Positions 1 through 10,368 of a stretch of DNA of 64,000 nt are shown in pieces; the stretch's first letter is position 1; every line of letters starts with the position of its first letter. A model generated the notes under the pieces. The model was not told the origin of the DNA, made no database searches, and saw only the letters and a list, made by a program, of their open reading frames with translations. Both the position numbers and the translations under genes were made by a program. The stretch is from an uncultured Chloroflexia bacterium (GTDB taxonomy: Bacteria; Chloroflexota; Anaerolineae; JAAYZQ01). The DNA lies in the NCBI GenBank assembly GCA_963700285.1, contig CAVOXA010000009.1, forward strand, positions 128,001 through 192,000, written 5' to 3'.

Positions 1-1320
1 GACCTGGCGTTGGGTCAGGATCAGCATCACCGTGACATGACCAAAGTGCTTGGCCGAGTCGGCGAGGACAAGGCCTAGAAAACCCAGAGGACCGATCAGC
101 GTCAGGGCCACAACCAGATAGACGCCTACGCTGAATATGCCGACCAAGGCTGGCGTGAGGGTATCTTGCCGGGCAAAGAAGGCGTAATTCAACGGCCAGT
201 CTATGGCCGCAAAGACGAGTCCCGCCAGGTACAAGCGGAGTGCCCATGCCGTCCAGTAGGTGTCGTGGGCAGTGAACTTGCCGTGCTGGAACAACAAGGC
301 TACGATGGGCTGGGCCAGTACCAAAAGGCCCAGCGTGGCCGGCACGACGAGCACCAAAACCAGCCGCAACCCCATGCCCAAGGTTTGGCGGAATCCACTC
401 CAATCACTTTGAGTACTCAATCTTGACAGAGTGGGCAGCACGGCCAATGAGATGGCTACGGCCACCAAGCCATGGGGCATTTGAACCAGCGTTGTCGCCC
501 GGTCCATCCACGCGATGCTGCTTTCCCCGGTGGATGAGGCCAGCCGCCGGTCAATGGCGATCTGTATGTTGCTGACAAGCAGGCCGAATGCTATGGGCAA
601 ATAGAGGCGCAGAATACGTCGCAGGGCAGGATTGGCGAGGTCGATGCGAAACTGAAAGCGCACGTCGCGCAGGTCAGGGATCTGAATGAGGAGCTGCAGC
701 ACCGAGCCCAGAACAACGCCTACGGCCAGACTGAAAGCATCTAGTCGGCCGGACAACAAGGGGACGGCAACGATGACGCCCAGGTTAAAGACCGCTGCGC
801 CAAAGGCGGGATAGGTGAAGCGCTTGAGGGTGTAGAGAAGGCCGGTCACCACCCCTGACAGGCCAAAGAAGAGCATGGCCGGGGCGATGATGCGGAGCAT
901 GGTTGCCAGCGCAGCCTGCAGTTCGGGCTCAAAGCCGCCACCGAGCAGCCAGGCTACCTGCGGGGCAAAGACCTCCAGCAGCATTACGATCGCGGCCAGC
1001 ACCAGGGCGGCCAAACTCGCCAGGCGACTGAACAGCGCCCACAGGGCAGCGCGTCCCTCCAATTCTTCCACTTGGCTAAAGACAGGAACCAGTGCTGCGC
1101 TGAGCATGCCCCCAATGAGCATCTCGTATATCATCTTGGGGACGATGGCCGCAATGCCAAAGGCGCTGACCAGGCCACTCGCCCCAAAATAGTAGGCGAT
1201 GATCTGCTCCCGGGCCAGACCAAGCACCCGGCTGGCGATATTGCCTATGGCGATGATGCCTGCCGCCTGAGCAATATCTCCCTGCTCAGTTGTCGAAGGT
1301 TGGGTAGAGGCTTGACTCAC
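1..1320 (-). CDS. murJ: Lipid II flippase MurJ/MviN (3' end runs off the window)
   Basis: Translated by hand from GTG at 1320: MSQASTQ...AQAAGIIAIGNIASRVLGLAREQIIAYYFGASG...GGMLSAALVPVF. This contains the SRvLGlaRe MviN signature and many hydrophobic segments. It is absent from the ORF track because no stop lies in the window. Confidence 0.9.
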   Translation of the reverse strand, partial: MSQASTQPSTTEQGDIAQAAGIIAIGNIASRVLGLAREQIIAYYFGASGLVSAFGIAAIVPKMIYEMLIGGMLSAALVPVFSQVEELEGRAALWALFSRLASLAALVLAAIVMLLEVFAPQVAWLLGGGFEPELQAALATMLRIIAPAMLFFGLSGVVTGLLYTLKRFTYPAFGAAVFNLGVIVAVPLLSGRLDAFSLAVGVVLGSVLQLLIQIPDLRDVRFQFRIDLANPALRRILRLYLPIAFGLLVSNIQIAIDRRLASSTGESSIAWMDRATTLVQMPHGLVAVAISLAVLPTLSRLSTQSDWSGFRQTLGMGLRLVLVLVVPATLGLLVLAQPIVALLFQHGKFTAHDTYWTAWALRLYLAGLVFAAIDWPLNYAFFARQDTLTPALVGIFSVGVYLVVALTLIGPLGFLGLVLADSAKHFGHVTVMLILTQRQV

Positions 1321-1337
1321 GAGCGTCCAAGCCGCGC

Positions 1338-2087
1338 TTAGCGCTGGACGGTGATCGTCACCCGGCAGGGCTCTGGGTAATTGCCCGTTTGGTCGACTAC
1401 CACCAGTCGGAGGGTATAGGTACCTGGAGCGTATGCTCCACTGTTAAAGGTCTCCAGCACGCCGCCTGCCACTGCGTTGCGGTGCAACTGTCCGACGACG
1501 TTCCATTCTTGATCCCTGGGATTGGATCCCGGGCCGACTTCGACCTTGTAGTATTGGAAGCTAGCTCCGCCGGCTATGCCTCGAATGGGCACGTTGCCCT
1601 GCACTACCTGGTTGAGACCGGGTGCGGTGATGCGCACGTTGGGGTTGGGGCATGCTGGAGGAGCAACTGCTGGCGCGTCTGTAGCGACCGCTTCAGGCGT
1701 ATCAGATGGCATGACAGGGCGGGTGGGGCGAACCAGGGTGGCCGTAGCCGTGGGCGTTATGGTGGCAGGCGCTGCTGTGGATGTCAAAGTCGGCGCGGCG
1801 AGCAGGCCTGCAGTCGCCGTTGGCATTGGCTGTTGGGGCTCTTCCATTTTGGGTCGCAGGTAGTTGGTTGCGCCGAATACAGCTCCCATCATGACCAGTA
1901 CAAGAGCTGCCAGCAGCACGCTACGGCCGTAGCGCCCGCGGGCTTGTTCCTGCTCCAATTTGAATATCGAACGGACACTCTCGCGGCGTGCAAGGATCGC
2001 ACGCCGCAAGTAGAAGAGCAAGATAAGTCCAAAGAGTCCATAGATCCACCACTGATATTCGACAATCAGCTGCAGGACCTGTTCCAT
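1338..2087 (-). CDS. Membrane protein: two TM helices, Pro/Thr-rich linker, C-terminal Ig-like domain
   Basis: 249-aa ORF with GGAG upstream. The C-terminal ~100 aa (ITAP..VQGNVPIRG..YYKVE..W..PGTYTLRLVV) form a beta-sandwich-like pattern. Confidence 0.75.
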   Translation of the reverse strand: MEQVLQLIVEYQWWIYGLFGLILLFYLRRAILARRESVRSIFKLEQEQARGRYGRSVLLAALVLVMMGAVFGATNYLRPKMEEPQQPMPTATAGLLAAPTLTSTAAPATITPTATATLVRPTRPVMPSDTPEAVATDAPAVAPPACPNPNVRITAPGLNQVVQGNVPIRGIAGGASFQYYKVEVGPGSNPRDQEWNVVGQLHRNAVAGGVLETFNSGAYAPGTYTLRLVVVDQTGNYPEPCRVTITVQR

Positions 2088-2221
2088 GTATCACTCCACG
2101 CTGGGCAAGATTCCGCTTGCGCGGCACTTTACCACAGAAGCCCAATTCCGGCAACCTCGCCAGCGATAATTGGCAGTGGCTGAGAATGGGATTTGAGATT
2201 TGCTGCGGGGATGCAGTTGTG

Positions 2222-3079
2222 TCATGCCTTTGCCATACGGTCCAGTACACCGAGGATCAGCGAAATCAATCGTGGGACGATCTGCTGTCCAGTAGCCAGG
2301 ACCTCTTCATGGCTTGTGACCTGGTCAGCGGTGGGCTCGGCCAGAGCGATGTTGCTGATGCCGGATATGCCCAACACCCTAATTCCTCCATGGCGCGCTA
2401 CAATCACCTCTGGCACGGTAGACATGCCCACCGCATCGGCGCCTATCAGCCGCAAGAAGCGAATATCGGCTGGAGTCTCAAAGGATGGCCCCGAAAGCGA
2501 GACGTAGACCCCTTCACGTAATGGGATTTCTCGTTCTTGGGCGACCTCGCGGGCAATGCGACGCAGTTCGCGATCGTAGGCCTGGGACATGTCAGGGAAG
2601 CGCGGTCCAAGCGTCGGATCGTTCGGCCCGAAAAGGGGATTGGCGCCGGCCATGCCGATCAAATTGATGTGGTCGCTGATGAGCATCAAGTCACCGGCGT
2701 CAAAGGCTGGGTCAAGTCCTCCCGCAGCGTTCGTCACGATCAAGGCCTGTATGCCCAAGACCTGCATCACGCGTACAGGGAAGACTACCTGTTGTATGGG
2801 GTAGCCTTCATAAAAGTGTACGCGGCCCTGCATGATCATGACGGTGGATTCTCCCAATCGTCCCAAAACCAGCTTTCCGGCGTGACCCTCTACCGTTGGT
2901 TTTGGAAAGCCTGGAATCGACTCGAAAGGCAATGAATCGGCGTCTTCCACTGCTTGGGCCAGGGGACTCAGCCCTGAGCCCAGGATCATACCCACCCGTG
3001 GGCGGTGGCGTGTCTGGCCCGCAATGTATTCAGCGGCTGCTTCGTATTCCTCACGCGTGTAATAGTGTGCCATCACCAA
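2222..3079 (-). CDS. punA: Purine-nucleoside phosphorylase (trimeric PNP/XapA type)
   Basis: Motifs ILGSGL, GHAGKL, QGRVHFYEG, TNAAGG, GPSFETPA, DAVGMSTVPE. The start may be the second Met (3073). Confidence 0.92.
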   Translation of the reverse strand: MVMAHYYTREEYEAAAEYIAGQTRHRPRVGMILGSGLSPLAQAVEDADSLPFESIPGFPKPTVEGHAGKLVLGRLGESTVMIMQGRVHFYEGYPIQQVVFPVRVMQVLGIQALIVTNAAGGLDPAFDAGDLMLISDHINLIGMAGANPLFGPNDPTLGPRFPDMSQAYDRELRRIAREVAQEREIPLREGVYVSLSGPSFETPADIRFLRLIGADAVGMSTVPEVIVARHGGIRVLGISGISNIALAEPTADQVTSHEEVLATGQQIVPRLISLILGVLDRMAKA

Positions 3080-3364
3080 TCCTCGGGTGCGCGATGCTCA
3101 AATATCCTGCAGAAGGGGCAGCGGCTATTTTCAGCCGGCCCTCCAAGTACGATTCACGTTGACGAGGCGGCCCCTTCCATCGTAACTCTGCCAATTGGGC
3201 TGCGCCGGCCGGCACGGGAACCTTGGTCCGTTACGGTCTCTGCTTCACGGGGTTTTGGCGGTCGGCCCAGCCTGCCAGGTGTGTCTAGGCTTGGTGATGC
3301 GTTGGAAAACGTTCGCTGCCGATCCGCCCAGCTAGCATCTGCGATGTTGGCAGAGAGCGACTGC

Positions 3365-4243
3365 CTACGTTGCGCTCTCTCCAGTCGTCTCTTCCCCACT
3401 GACCTGGACGTACACCTGAGTGGTGGAAATGTTGGCATGCCCCAGCAGTTCTTGCACGTATTCCAGATCTGCCCTTTGGTCGAGAAGGTGGGTGGCAAAG
3501 GTGTGGCGCAAAGTGTGGGGCGTCACATCTTCCTGAATGCCTACTTCACGCACATAGTGTTTGACGATCAACCACAGGCCCTGGCGGGTCAGCCGCTGCC
3601 CACGGTGGTTGAGAAAGAGCGCGTGCTCTTCTGGGTCCCGGAGCAACTGCACCCGTCCCCGTTCCAGATAGTTTCTCAAGGGCTCGAGCGCGCGGTGGTG
3701 TACTGGAACAAGCCGATCTCGATTGTCCTTGGGGTGCACCACTCGGACGGTTTCGGATGCCAGATTGGCGTCCTCAACGTTGAGCGAGACCAGTTCGGTG
3801 ACGCGCAGTCCGGTGGCGTACAGTACTTCCAGCAAAGCCCGGTCCCGTAGGGCCTTGGGCGTGTCTTCCCGAGCCGCCTCTTTCAGCAACCGCTCCATGT
3901 CCTCTTGTGAGATGGCTTTGGGCAGGCGCTTGCGGACCTTGGGCGAGTCAAGGGTTGCGGTTGGGTCGTCCTGGATCTTCCCACGGTCGGCCAGGTAATG
4001 GAAAAACGACTTGATCGCAGCTACCTTGCGGGCGACAGTGGATGAAGCATATTCTTGCTCGCCCTTCATGAACATGACATAGTCCAAGATTGTGTCCTGA
4101 TCCACCTGGTCCCAGCCAGAGGCGCGGGGCTCAACATAAGTGCAGAACTGTGACAAGTCATTGCGATAAGCAGCCAGAGTATTCTCAGAATAGCCCTTGT
4201 CCACGGTCAGGAATTCCAGGAACTCTTTGATTTGCTCTCTCAT
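3365..4243 (-). CDS. xerD: Site-specific tyrosine recombinase, XerD-like
   Basis: N-terminal SENTLAAYRNDL segment plus catalytic motifs LYATGLRVTE, HTLRHTFATHLL and LLGHANISTTQVY. Confidence 0.85.
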   Translation of the reverse strand: MREQIKEFLEFLTVDKGYSENTLAAYRNDLSQFCTYVEPRASGWDQVDQDTILDYVMFMKGEQEYASSTVARKVAAIKSFFHYLADRGKIQDDPTATLDSPKVRKRLPKAISQEDMERLLKEAAREDTPKALRDRALLEVLYATGLRVTELVSLNVEDANLASETVRVVHPKDNRDRLVPVHHRALEPLRNYLERGRVQLLRDPEEHALFLNHRGQRLTRQGLWLIVKHYVREVGIQEDVTPHTLRHTFATHLLDQRADLEYVQELLGHANISTTQVYVQVSGEETTGESAT

Positions 4244-4738
4244 TCATTTCCCCCTTCGGTCCGATAGTGCAGGCTACGTACGCATCCCATATCATCCAGC
4301 AGTCTCGGCTCTTGGTACGAAGCAGGACCACCGGCACTTTTGCCAGTTTTCCTGGCTCGTTTATGATATGACAGGTGTCTGCGCAGGATAGAACTGACAG
4401 ATCCCCTCAATGCGTTTGCCGCAGGCATGTCAAGTCTATCGGTGACCTTCCAAGATGAACTCACGCAACAGTTACATTCTACCATAACTTTTCATAAAGC
4501 CCAAACGGAGGGCTGGACACGTCAAACTTGCTCCGTGCCGAGTCCCATCACCTCTGACAGGAGCCTGCCCAGGGGTGGCAGAAGGCAATACCATATGTAG
4601 TAGTGCACCTGAAAGTGAGCCCTAGATGTTGGTGTGTGTGCTGGCCTGGATAGTCTAGCTGCGGCGGGGATGGAACCTGTGTGCAATCTGAACGGCAGGC
4701 AGCGATTGTTGGCACGCGTTCTGCGGCCAAGAAATTGA

Positions 4739-5608
4739 TCAGGGATGGGAGGGTGGCAGCGCCTCCTCGCTCTTGAGATATGCTTCCACCTGCTGCCGGA
4801 ATGGAATGGCTGTCACGCCTCGCCCCTCAATCGAATAGGATGCCGCGACGTTGGCAAATCCAGCTGCTTGACATGGATCGCCCGTCTCGGCCAGGCAGAA
4901 AAGGAAGGCTGCGGCGAACACATCGCCAGCGCCAGTAAGGTCTGCCTCCAGAGCGGGCCGGGCCGGGTAGTGACAATGCTCGTTCCCTTGGTAGACAGTG
5001 GCGCCGCGCTCGGCGCGGGTGATCACGAGGATCTCAACCAAGTGCCTCCATTCCCGAACTAGAGCATCTGGGTCAGGCACATCCATTTCGCTGAGAACCA
5101 GCACATTGATCCGCCGGAGCAATGCCTCGGGTGGAGACCACTCGGTGAAGGAGATCAGTCCTGTTTCGTCCCAGCGGCGGAAAAAGCCCTGAGGCATCAG
5201 ACAGATCAGGGATTCATCGGAGAAGCAGAAAAATACTTCCGGTTCGATCTCTCGATCAATCGAACCCAAGTAGACCATAGGTGCTGAGCGCCACGGGAGA
5301 GGAATGTCGCAGCACCTGATCACGTCGGCTCGCTGGTGAATGTATTGCGTTCGCTCTCCGTCGTGATAGATGTTCTCAAACTCTGTGGTGACGGGAGAAT
5401 CGCGGCGGACCGACTGGACGTTTGGTAGTGCCTGATCCAGATCCAGGTCTGGGCCAGTACTGGTGACGACGCCCACGCGGCAGCCCATCCTGAGCGCTGT
5501 TGTGGCTGCGTAGGAAACCGAGCCACCGAGGCTCAGGCCGCCGTCGGGCATACGGTCCTGACAGATGTGGCCTATGACAAGGAATTCGGGAAGGTCCGGC
5601 GTGCTCAA
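4739..5608 (-). CDS. PfkB/ribokinase-family carbohydrate kinase
   Basis: LGGSVSYAA and DLTGAGDVFAAAF PfkB signatures. The start is placed at TTG 5608, overlapping the stop of the upstream radical SAM gene; the track's 5737 start lies inside that gene. Confidence 0.85.
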   Translation of the reverse strand: MSTPDLPEFLVIGHICQDRMPDGGLSLGGSVSYAATTALRMGCRVGVVTSTGPDLDLDQALPNVQSVRRDSPVTTEFENIYHDGERTQYIHQRADVIRCCDIPLPWRSAPMVYLGSIDREIEPEVFFCFSDESLICLMPQGFFRRWDETGLISFTEWSPPEALLRRINVLVLSEMDVPDPDALVREWRHLVEILVITRAERGATVYQGNEHCHYPARPALEADLTGAGDVFAAAFLFCLAETGDPCQAAGFANVAASYSIEGRGVTAIPFRQQVEAYLKSEEALPPSHP

Positions 5609-7377
5609 TTGATCACCATGTCTCTTTGGGCCCGGGGCCGTATGCGCCTTATCATCTGTCCAACAAAGAACCCGGCTGCGCTCAGCAGGTTTAGCTTTAG
5701 ACCACGAAGGGGGACGTTGAGCTCGGCTTTGTCGCAAACCGTGGACAAATTGGCGTCATCGACCTGGGGTTTGATGGCACGCAGAAGCTTTGCCCGGCGC
5801 TCGGCGTCTTGGATACTCACAATGTCGTCCACTTGAGCTATGAGGCGCCGCGCTTTCAAGATGCGTGTTTCTGTTTGCTCTGCTTGGGTGGGGTCCACCA
5901 AGCCATAGTGGGCCTTCAGGCGATTCAGCCTCAGCCCCGCTTCATAAGTGCTGTCAACGATCTGATCCCGGTTCATCCATTCCGTCTCATAGTTGAGAAC
6001 GTACTTCCAACTGGGCTGTACCAGCGCCTGACGGTGTTCCTCCAACGTACGGGCAAAGAATCGATAGCCGTATCTTTCCGGGTTTTCGAAGACAGGACTG
6101 CCTGGATCCAGGAAGGGGGCCAGGGGTGAGATGAAGGGGATGAGGCGGCGGGTTGGCCCTGTGTCCAGCTCACTCATCAGGTACTCGCAATAGTCCACGG
6201 TGTCCATAACAGACTGATAGTCCTGTTTGGGCAGGCCGACCATGAAAAAGACGTCGAGGCGCTGTACACCGGCTTCCAGTGCGTAGCGCATGGTATCTTC
6301 GATGGGGGCATTCTTGTAGGACCGGCCAAAGGCGGCCCGTACCTCTTCGCTATGGCTCTCCAGGGAGATCTCTAGCGTCCAATTGGGCATGGCCGCCGCC
6401 AAACGCTGGATAAAGTCGCGGTCGGCGGCGCCAAAGAGTTCGACGATGACCGGCCCCTGATAGCCTTGGATGGCTCGCAGGAATCGGTCAGCATATTCTT
6501 CCCCGGGCTGGCGGATGTCACCCAGAATGAATACCGGGCCCCTGCTAAAGCGGGCGATGTTGCGGATGTCTTGGGCCAGCGCTTCGGGATCGCGGTATGC
6601 AGGGCGGCGGCGGTTATGCAGCGCCGAAAACGTGGTCGCCGAGCCACCGCATGTGCGGCAGTTGTGGCTGCAACCTCGTACGCTGAGGGCGGCGGTAATC
6701 GGATAGCCCAACCAGCCCTTGAAAGGAACAAAACTCGCCAGATCGCGATAGCGCGCCACAGCTTTGACCACGTAGCTATAGTCGATCAACACGTGGTCCA
6801 GGGAAGTTGGGCTGTAGGTCAGCTCATTGATCTGACTAGTGCCGTCCGGCTGGCACCAGGTCAGATTGGGGATTTCTTCCAATGGTAGAGCGTCGGGGTG
6901 GCCAGTCAGGTGCTGCATTAGTTGCAGCATGGGTTCCTCGGTCGAGTCACCCCGCACGACAAAATCCACCTCTGGCCGGCGGATCAGGTCTTTGTGATAG
7001 TAGGTTGAGGAAAAGCCGCCAAAGATGACCGGGATATCTGGGTGGAGTTTCTTGCATAATCGCGCCACCTCGATCGCCCCGTGGGCGTGGGGCATCCAGT
7101 GCAGATCGATGCCAAATGCCGTTGGCCGCAGCTTTTTTAGAAACTTTTCCGGATCAAAGCGGTCACTGTTCAGCATGCGGACGGCCAGGTTGACGATGCG
7201 GACCTGTATCCCGTGACGCTCCAGGTACTCGGCGATCGTGGTCAAGCCAATGGGGTACATCTCAAAGACCGGCGTACTGGGCACCAGGTCGCTCACCGGT
7301 CCATACAGTATCGATTCTTTTCGAAAGTCGTACACGCTGGGAGCGTGCAACAGTACCAAGTCTGCTTGGGGCATCAA
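5605..7377 (-). CDS. B12-binding domain/radical SAM protein (TIGR04190-like)
   Basis: N-terminal DLVLLHAPSVYDFR..FEMYPIG and IDLHWMPH cobalamin-binding region, CxxxCxxC motif RGCSHNCRTCGG, and PLAPFLDPGS. Confidence 0.85.
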   Translation of the reverse strand: MMPQADLVLLHAPSVYDFRKESILYGPVSDLVPSTPVFEMYPIGLTTIAEYLERHGIQVRIVNLAVRMLNSDRFDPEKFLKKLRPTAFGIDLHWMPHAHGAIEVARLCKKLHPDIPVIFGGFSSTYYHKDLIRRPEVDFVVRGDSTEEPMLQLMQHLTGHPDALPLEEIPNLTWCQPDGTSQINELTYSPTSLDHVLIDYSYVVKAVARYRDLASFVPFKGWLGYPITAALSVRGCSHNCRTCGGSATTFSALHNRRRPAYRDPEALAQDIRNIARFSRGPVFILGDIRQPGEEYADRFLRAIQGYQGPVIVELFGAADRDFIQRLAAAMPNWTLEISLESHSEEVRAAFGRSYKNAPIEDTMRYALEAGVQRLDVFFMVGLPKQDYQSVMDTVDYCEYLMSELDTGPTRRLIPFISPLAPFLDPGSPVFENPERYGYRFFARTLEEHRQALVQPSWKYVLNYETEWMNRDQIVDSTYEAGLRLNRLKAHYGLVDPTQAEQTETRILKARRLIAQVDDIVSIQDAERRAKLLRAIKPQVDDANLSTVCDKAELNVPLRGLKLNLLSAAGFFVGQMIRRIRPRAQRDMVIN

Positions 7378-7518
7378 GTGGTCTCCGTAAAAGAGAGTTC
7401 AATATACAATGCGTACTTGGCATGGTACATTGTTGTTATCTTTCGTTCTTGCTCCGCTGCCTGCGTATCCTGCCATTCTTCCAGGTGTGGGTTCGCAGGC
7501 GCGTTCGTCTGCAGAATG

Positions 7519-8472
7519 CTACCTTGCCTGCACTCGCGCGCCTGGTACGGGAATGCTGTCCAAAATCTCCTGGATCACGGCCCGGGGATCTACATTCTTG
7601 ATACGGGCCGAAGGGCTGATAATCAGCCGGTGAGCCAGGGTCTCCGGCGCCAGGGCTTTGACATCGTCTGGAATGACATACTCGCGGCCCAAGATAGCGG
7701 CTCGGGCTTGGCCTGTCTTGTACAGGGCCAAGCTGCCCCGCGGACTGGCGCCCAGATAAACGTCGGGGTGCTTGCGCGTGGCTCTTACCAGCCCAACAAT
7801 ATATTCCTTGACCAGATCGTCGATATACACTTCCTTGACGCGCTTTTGGGCCGTGACCAATTCATCTGAGGAGACTACCTGCTCGACCTGATCAACGGGG
7901 TGGGAGTGCTGTTGGCGGACCAAGACGGTGATCTCATCGCCAGCGCTGGGATAGCCCAATCCAATGCGCATCATGAAACGGTCGAGTTGGGCCTCGGGCA
8001 AAGGGAATGTGCCCTCGTACTCGATAGGGTTCTGGGTGGCCAAAACCAGGAACGGCTGTTCCATGGGATAGGTCACGCCATCTACTGTGATCTGCCGTTC
8101 TTCCATCGCCTCCAGAAGGGCCGACTGGGTCTTGGGAGTGGCGCGGTTGATCTCATCAGTAAGCACAATCTGGGCCATCACCGGGCCTGGACGGAACTCG
8201 AACTCCAGGGTCTTTTGGTTGAACACCGAGACGCCGGTCACGTCGCTGGGCAGCATGTCGGGCGTGAACTGGATCCTCCGGAACTCGCAGCCTAGCGAAC
8301 GGGCGACCGATTTGGCCAGCATCGTCTTGCCCGTACCGGGGACGTCCTCAATAAGCAGGTGCCCCTCGCACAGCAAGGCAATGACGGTGAGCTGCACGGC
8401 CAGGCGCTTGCCGATGATAACTTGTTCTACGTTGTCGATAACCTTCTGAGCGATCGCTTGAACGTCTTCCAT
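7519..8472 (-). CDS. MoxR-family AAA+ ATPase
   Basis: [60 protein letters not shown]. Confidence 0.93.
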   Translation of the reverse strand: MEDVQAIAQKVIDNVEQVIIGKRLAVQLTVIALLCEGHLLIEDVPGTGKTMLAKSVARSLGCEFRRIQFTPDMLPSDVTGVSVFNQKTLEFEFRPGPVMAQIVLTDEINRATPKTQSALLEAMEERQITVDGVTYPMEQPFLVLATQNPIEYEGTFPLPEAQLDRFMMRIGLGYPSAGDEITVLVRQQHSHPVDQVEQVVSSDELVTAQKRVKEVYIDDLVKEYIVGLVRATRKHPDVYLGASPRGSLALYKTGQARAAILGREYVIPDDVKALAPETLAHRLIISPSARIKNVDPRAVIQEILDSIPVPGARVQAR

Positions 8473-8602
8473 AAACCGTTTCCTCCGGTCCAGGGATCTG
8501 GATGGTCAACCGGTAGCCTTGACCCTGCGTTGCGGCCGCCGCGACAGCCGCAGGATTATACCAGGTTTTCTGGGAAAAGGGTAGTTGGCGAAGGTCTGTC
8601 GG

Positions 8603-9793
8603 TCAGACCGCGCCGTTCGAATGAAGCAGCGCGATCTGTTCATCTGAATATCGAAGAACCGATTTGAGGATGGCTGTAGTATCGGCTCCCAGTGCAGGTG
8701 CGGGGCGCTTGTGTTGGGCAGCTCCCTGGACTTTTATGGCCGTGCGCACCTGCTTGAGGGTTCCAAAATCAGGATGCTCCACCTCAACGAGCATGTCACG
8801 TTCCAGGATCTGTCTCTCCTGCAGGGCTTCTTCTACACTGTTTACTGGCGCGCAAGGGACCTGGCCGCTCATGCGCGCCAACCACTCATTGGTGGTGCGC
8901 TCGGCGAAACGCCCTTTCAGGTCGGAGATCAGAGCATCTCGGTGCTCATACCTGCTTGCAAAGGAGGCAAAACGAGGGTCGGCAGCCAGTTCGGGTGCCT
9001 CCAGCGCTGTGGTCAGCGCCCGCCAGAACTTCTCTTTGAAGCACAGGACTACCAGATAGCCATCCTGAGTCTGGAATACTTGGGCGGGAACGAGCGAAGC
9101 ATGGGCCGAGTCCGCCAGCCTCACCGGATGGTATTCGCGGTTGAGGGTCCAGATGGCGACATAGTTCAGCATGCTGATGGCCGAGTCGAGCAAGCTGACG
9201 TCCACGTCGCAGCCCTGGCCGGTTCTTTGGGCGTCGAGCAATCCCGCCAGAAGCCCAACCATGGCCACGGCTCCGGCGGAAAAGTCAACCATAGAGAGAC
9301 CGCTCTTGGCAGGCATCGTGCCAGGGTCGCCGGTCAGACTCATCCAACCGGCCATGCCCTGGATTAGGTAGTCGTAGGCCGGCTCGGAACGACGGGGCCC
9401 GGTGGTCCCAAAGCCGCTCAACGAACAGCAGACGATCCGGGGATTTGTAGCCTTGAGCTGCTCATAGGTCAGACCCAATGCCTCCGGCTGGTCGCCGCGC
9501 AGGTTGGAAAAAACGGCGTCCGACACCTGTACCAGGTCGCGGAATACCCGCTGCCCGTCAGGGTGCTTTAGATCCAGGGTCATGCTGAGTTTGTTACGAT
9601 TCAGGGACTGGAAATAGAGGCTGTCACCGGGTATCGTGTAGGGGGGGACCGTGCGGGCCACATCGCCTCCAGCCCTGGGGTTCTCTATTTTGATCACCTC
9701 CGCGCCCAGATCCGCGAGGTGCAGCGTGCCAAAAGGTCCTGCCCCAAACTGGGATACGGCCAGCACGCGGTAGCCGCTCAAGAGATCCTTCAT
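8603..9793 (-). CDS. Family III CoA-transferase (CaiB/BaiF)
   Basis: AGPFGTLHLADLGAEVIKIE, NRNKLS, SGFGTTGP, YDYLIQGMAG, APALGADT. Confidence 0.92.
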   Translation of the reverse strand: MKDLLSGYRVLAVSQFGAGPFGTLHLADLGAEVIKIENPRAGGDVARTVPPYTIPGDSLYFQSLNRNKLSMTLDLKHPDGQRVFRDLVQVSDAVFSNLRGDQPEALGLTYEQLKATNPRIVCCSLSGFGTTGPRRSEPAYDYLIQGMAGWMSLTGDPGTMPAKSGLSMVDFSAGAVAMVGLLAGLLDAQRTGQGCDVDVSLLDSAISMLNYVAIWTLNREYHPVRLADSAHASLVPAQVFQTQDGYLVVLCFKEKFWRALTTALEAPELAADPRFASFASRYEHRDALISDLKGRFAERTTNEWLARMSGQVPCAPVNSVEEALQERQILERDMLVEVEHPDFGTLKQVRTAIKVQGAAQHKRPAPALGADTTAILKSVLRYSDEQIALLHSNGAV

Positions 9794-10305
9794 GATGGGA
9801 CTCCTGCTGGCTGTGGCTCATCTGCGGGAGGGAAAGGACCCGCAGCCGCGGGGCCGGCTTGGCGCTTGGGTACCAGCACCGCGCGCTGGAAAGACAGAAT
9901 CCTCTCTGCCCGCTGGTTAAACGCTTCCGTGTTGACCCAAACGATGCCGCGATCTGGTTTGCTCCGTGACTCGCGTACCTTCAAGATCGTTGTCTGAGCG
10001 TAGACCGTGTCTCCATGAAACGTGGGGGCGTGGTGCTTGACTTGGGTGTATTCCAGGTTGGCGATGGCGTGTCCCGAGATATCCGGCACGGTCATGCCCA
10101 CGACCAGGCTGAAGATCAGGGTGCCCACTACCAGTGGGCGGCCGTGTTGGGTATGGGCGGCAAAATTGGCGTCGATGTGAAGCGGGTTGTGGTTCATGGT
10201 CAGCATGCAAAATAGCATGTCGTCGGCCTGCGTGATGGTACGGCCAGGATAGTGTTTAATGGTCTCCCCGGGGAAAAAATCCTCATAATAACGACCAAAT
10301 GCCAT
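9790..10305 (-). CDS. MaoC-family (hot-dog fold) dehydratase
   Basis: GRYYEDF, GRTITQADD, TMNHNPLHID, PTFHGDTV. Overlaps the next gene by 4 nt. Confidence 0.9.
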   Translation of the reverse strand: MAFGRYYEDFFPGETIKHYPGRTITQADDMLFCMLTMNHNPLHIDANFAAHTQHGRPLVVGTLIFSLVVGMTVPDISGHAIANLEYTQVKHHAPTFHGDTVYAQTTILKVRESRSKPDRGIVWVNTEAFNQRAERILSFQRAVLVPKRQAGPAAAGPFPPADEPQPAGVPS

Positions 10306-10368
10306 CTTTGCTCTCCTTTGAGATCACTCGGAAGTTGGCTGATGGGCAGTTGACAGGCTGACCGCCTC

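Noticed and set aside
3365-4243. Tyrosine recombinase as the integrase of a mobile element
   Set aside because: It is XerD-sized and flanked by housekeeping genes, with no att repeats or phage or plasmid genes.
4470-4499. dif-like site near xerD
   Set aside because: It is AT-rich but does not match the 11-6-11 XerC/XerD arm pattern, and it is better explained as a promoter.
7519-8472. MoxR as part of a MoxR/VWA chaperone system
   Set aside because: No VWA, DUF58 or transglutaminase partner lies in the window, so nothing further can be supported.
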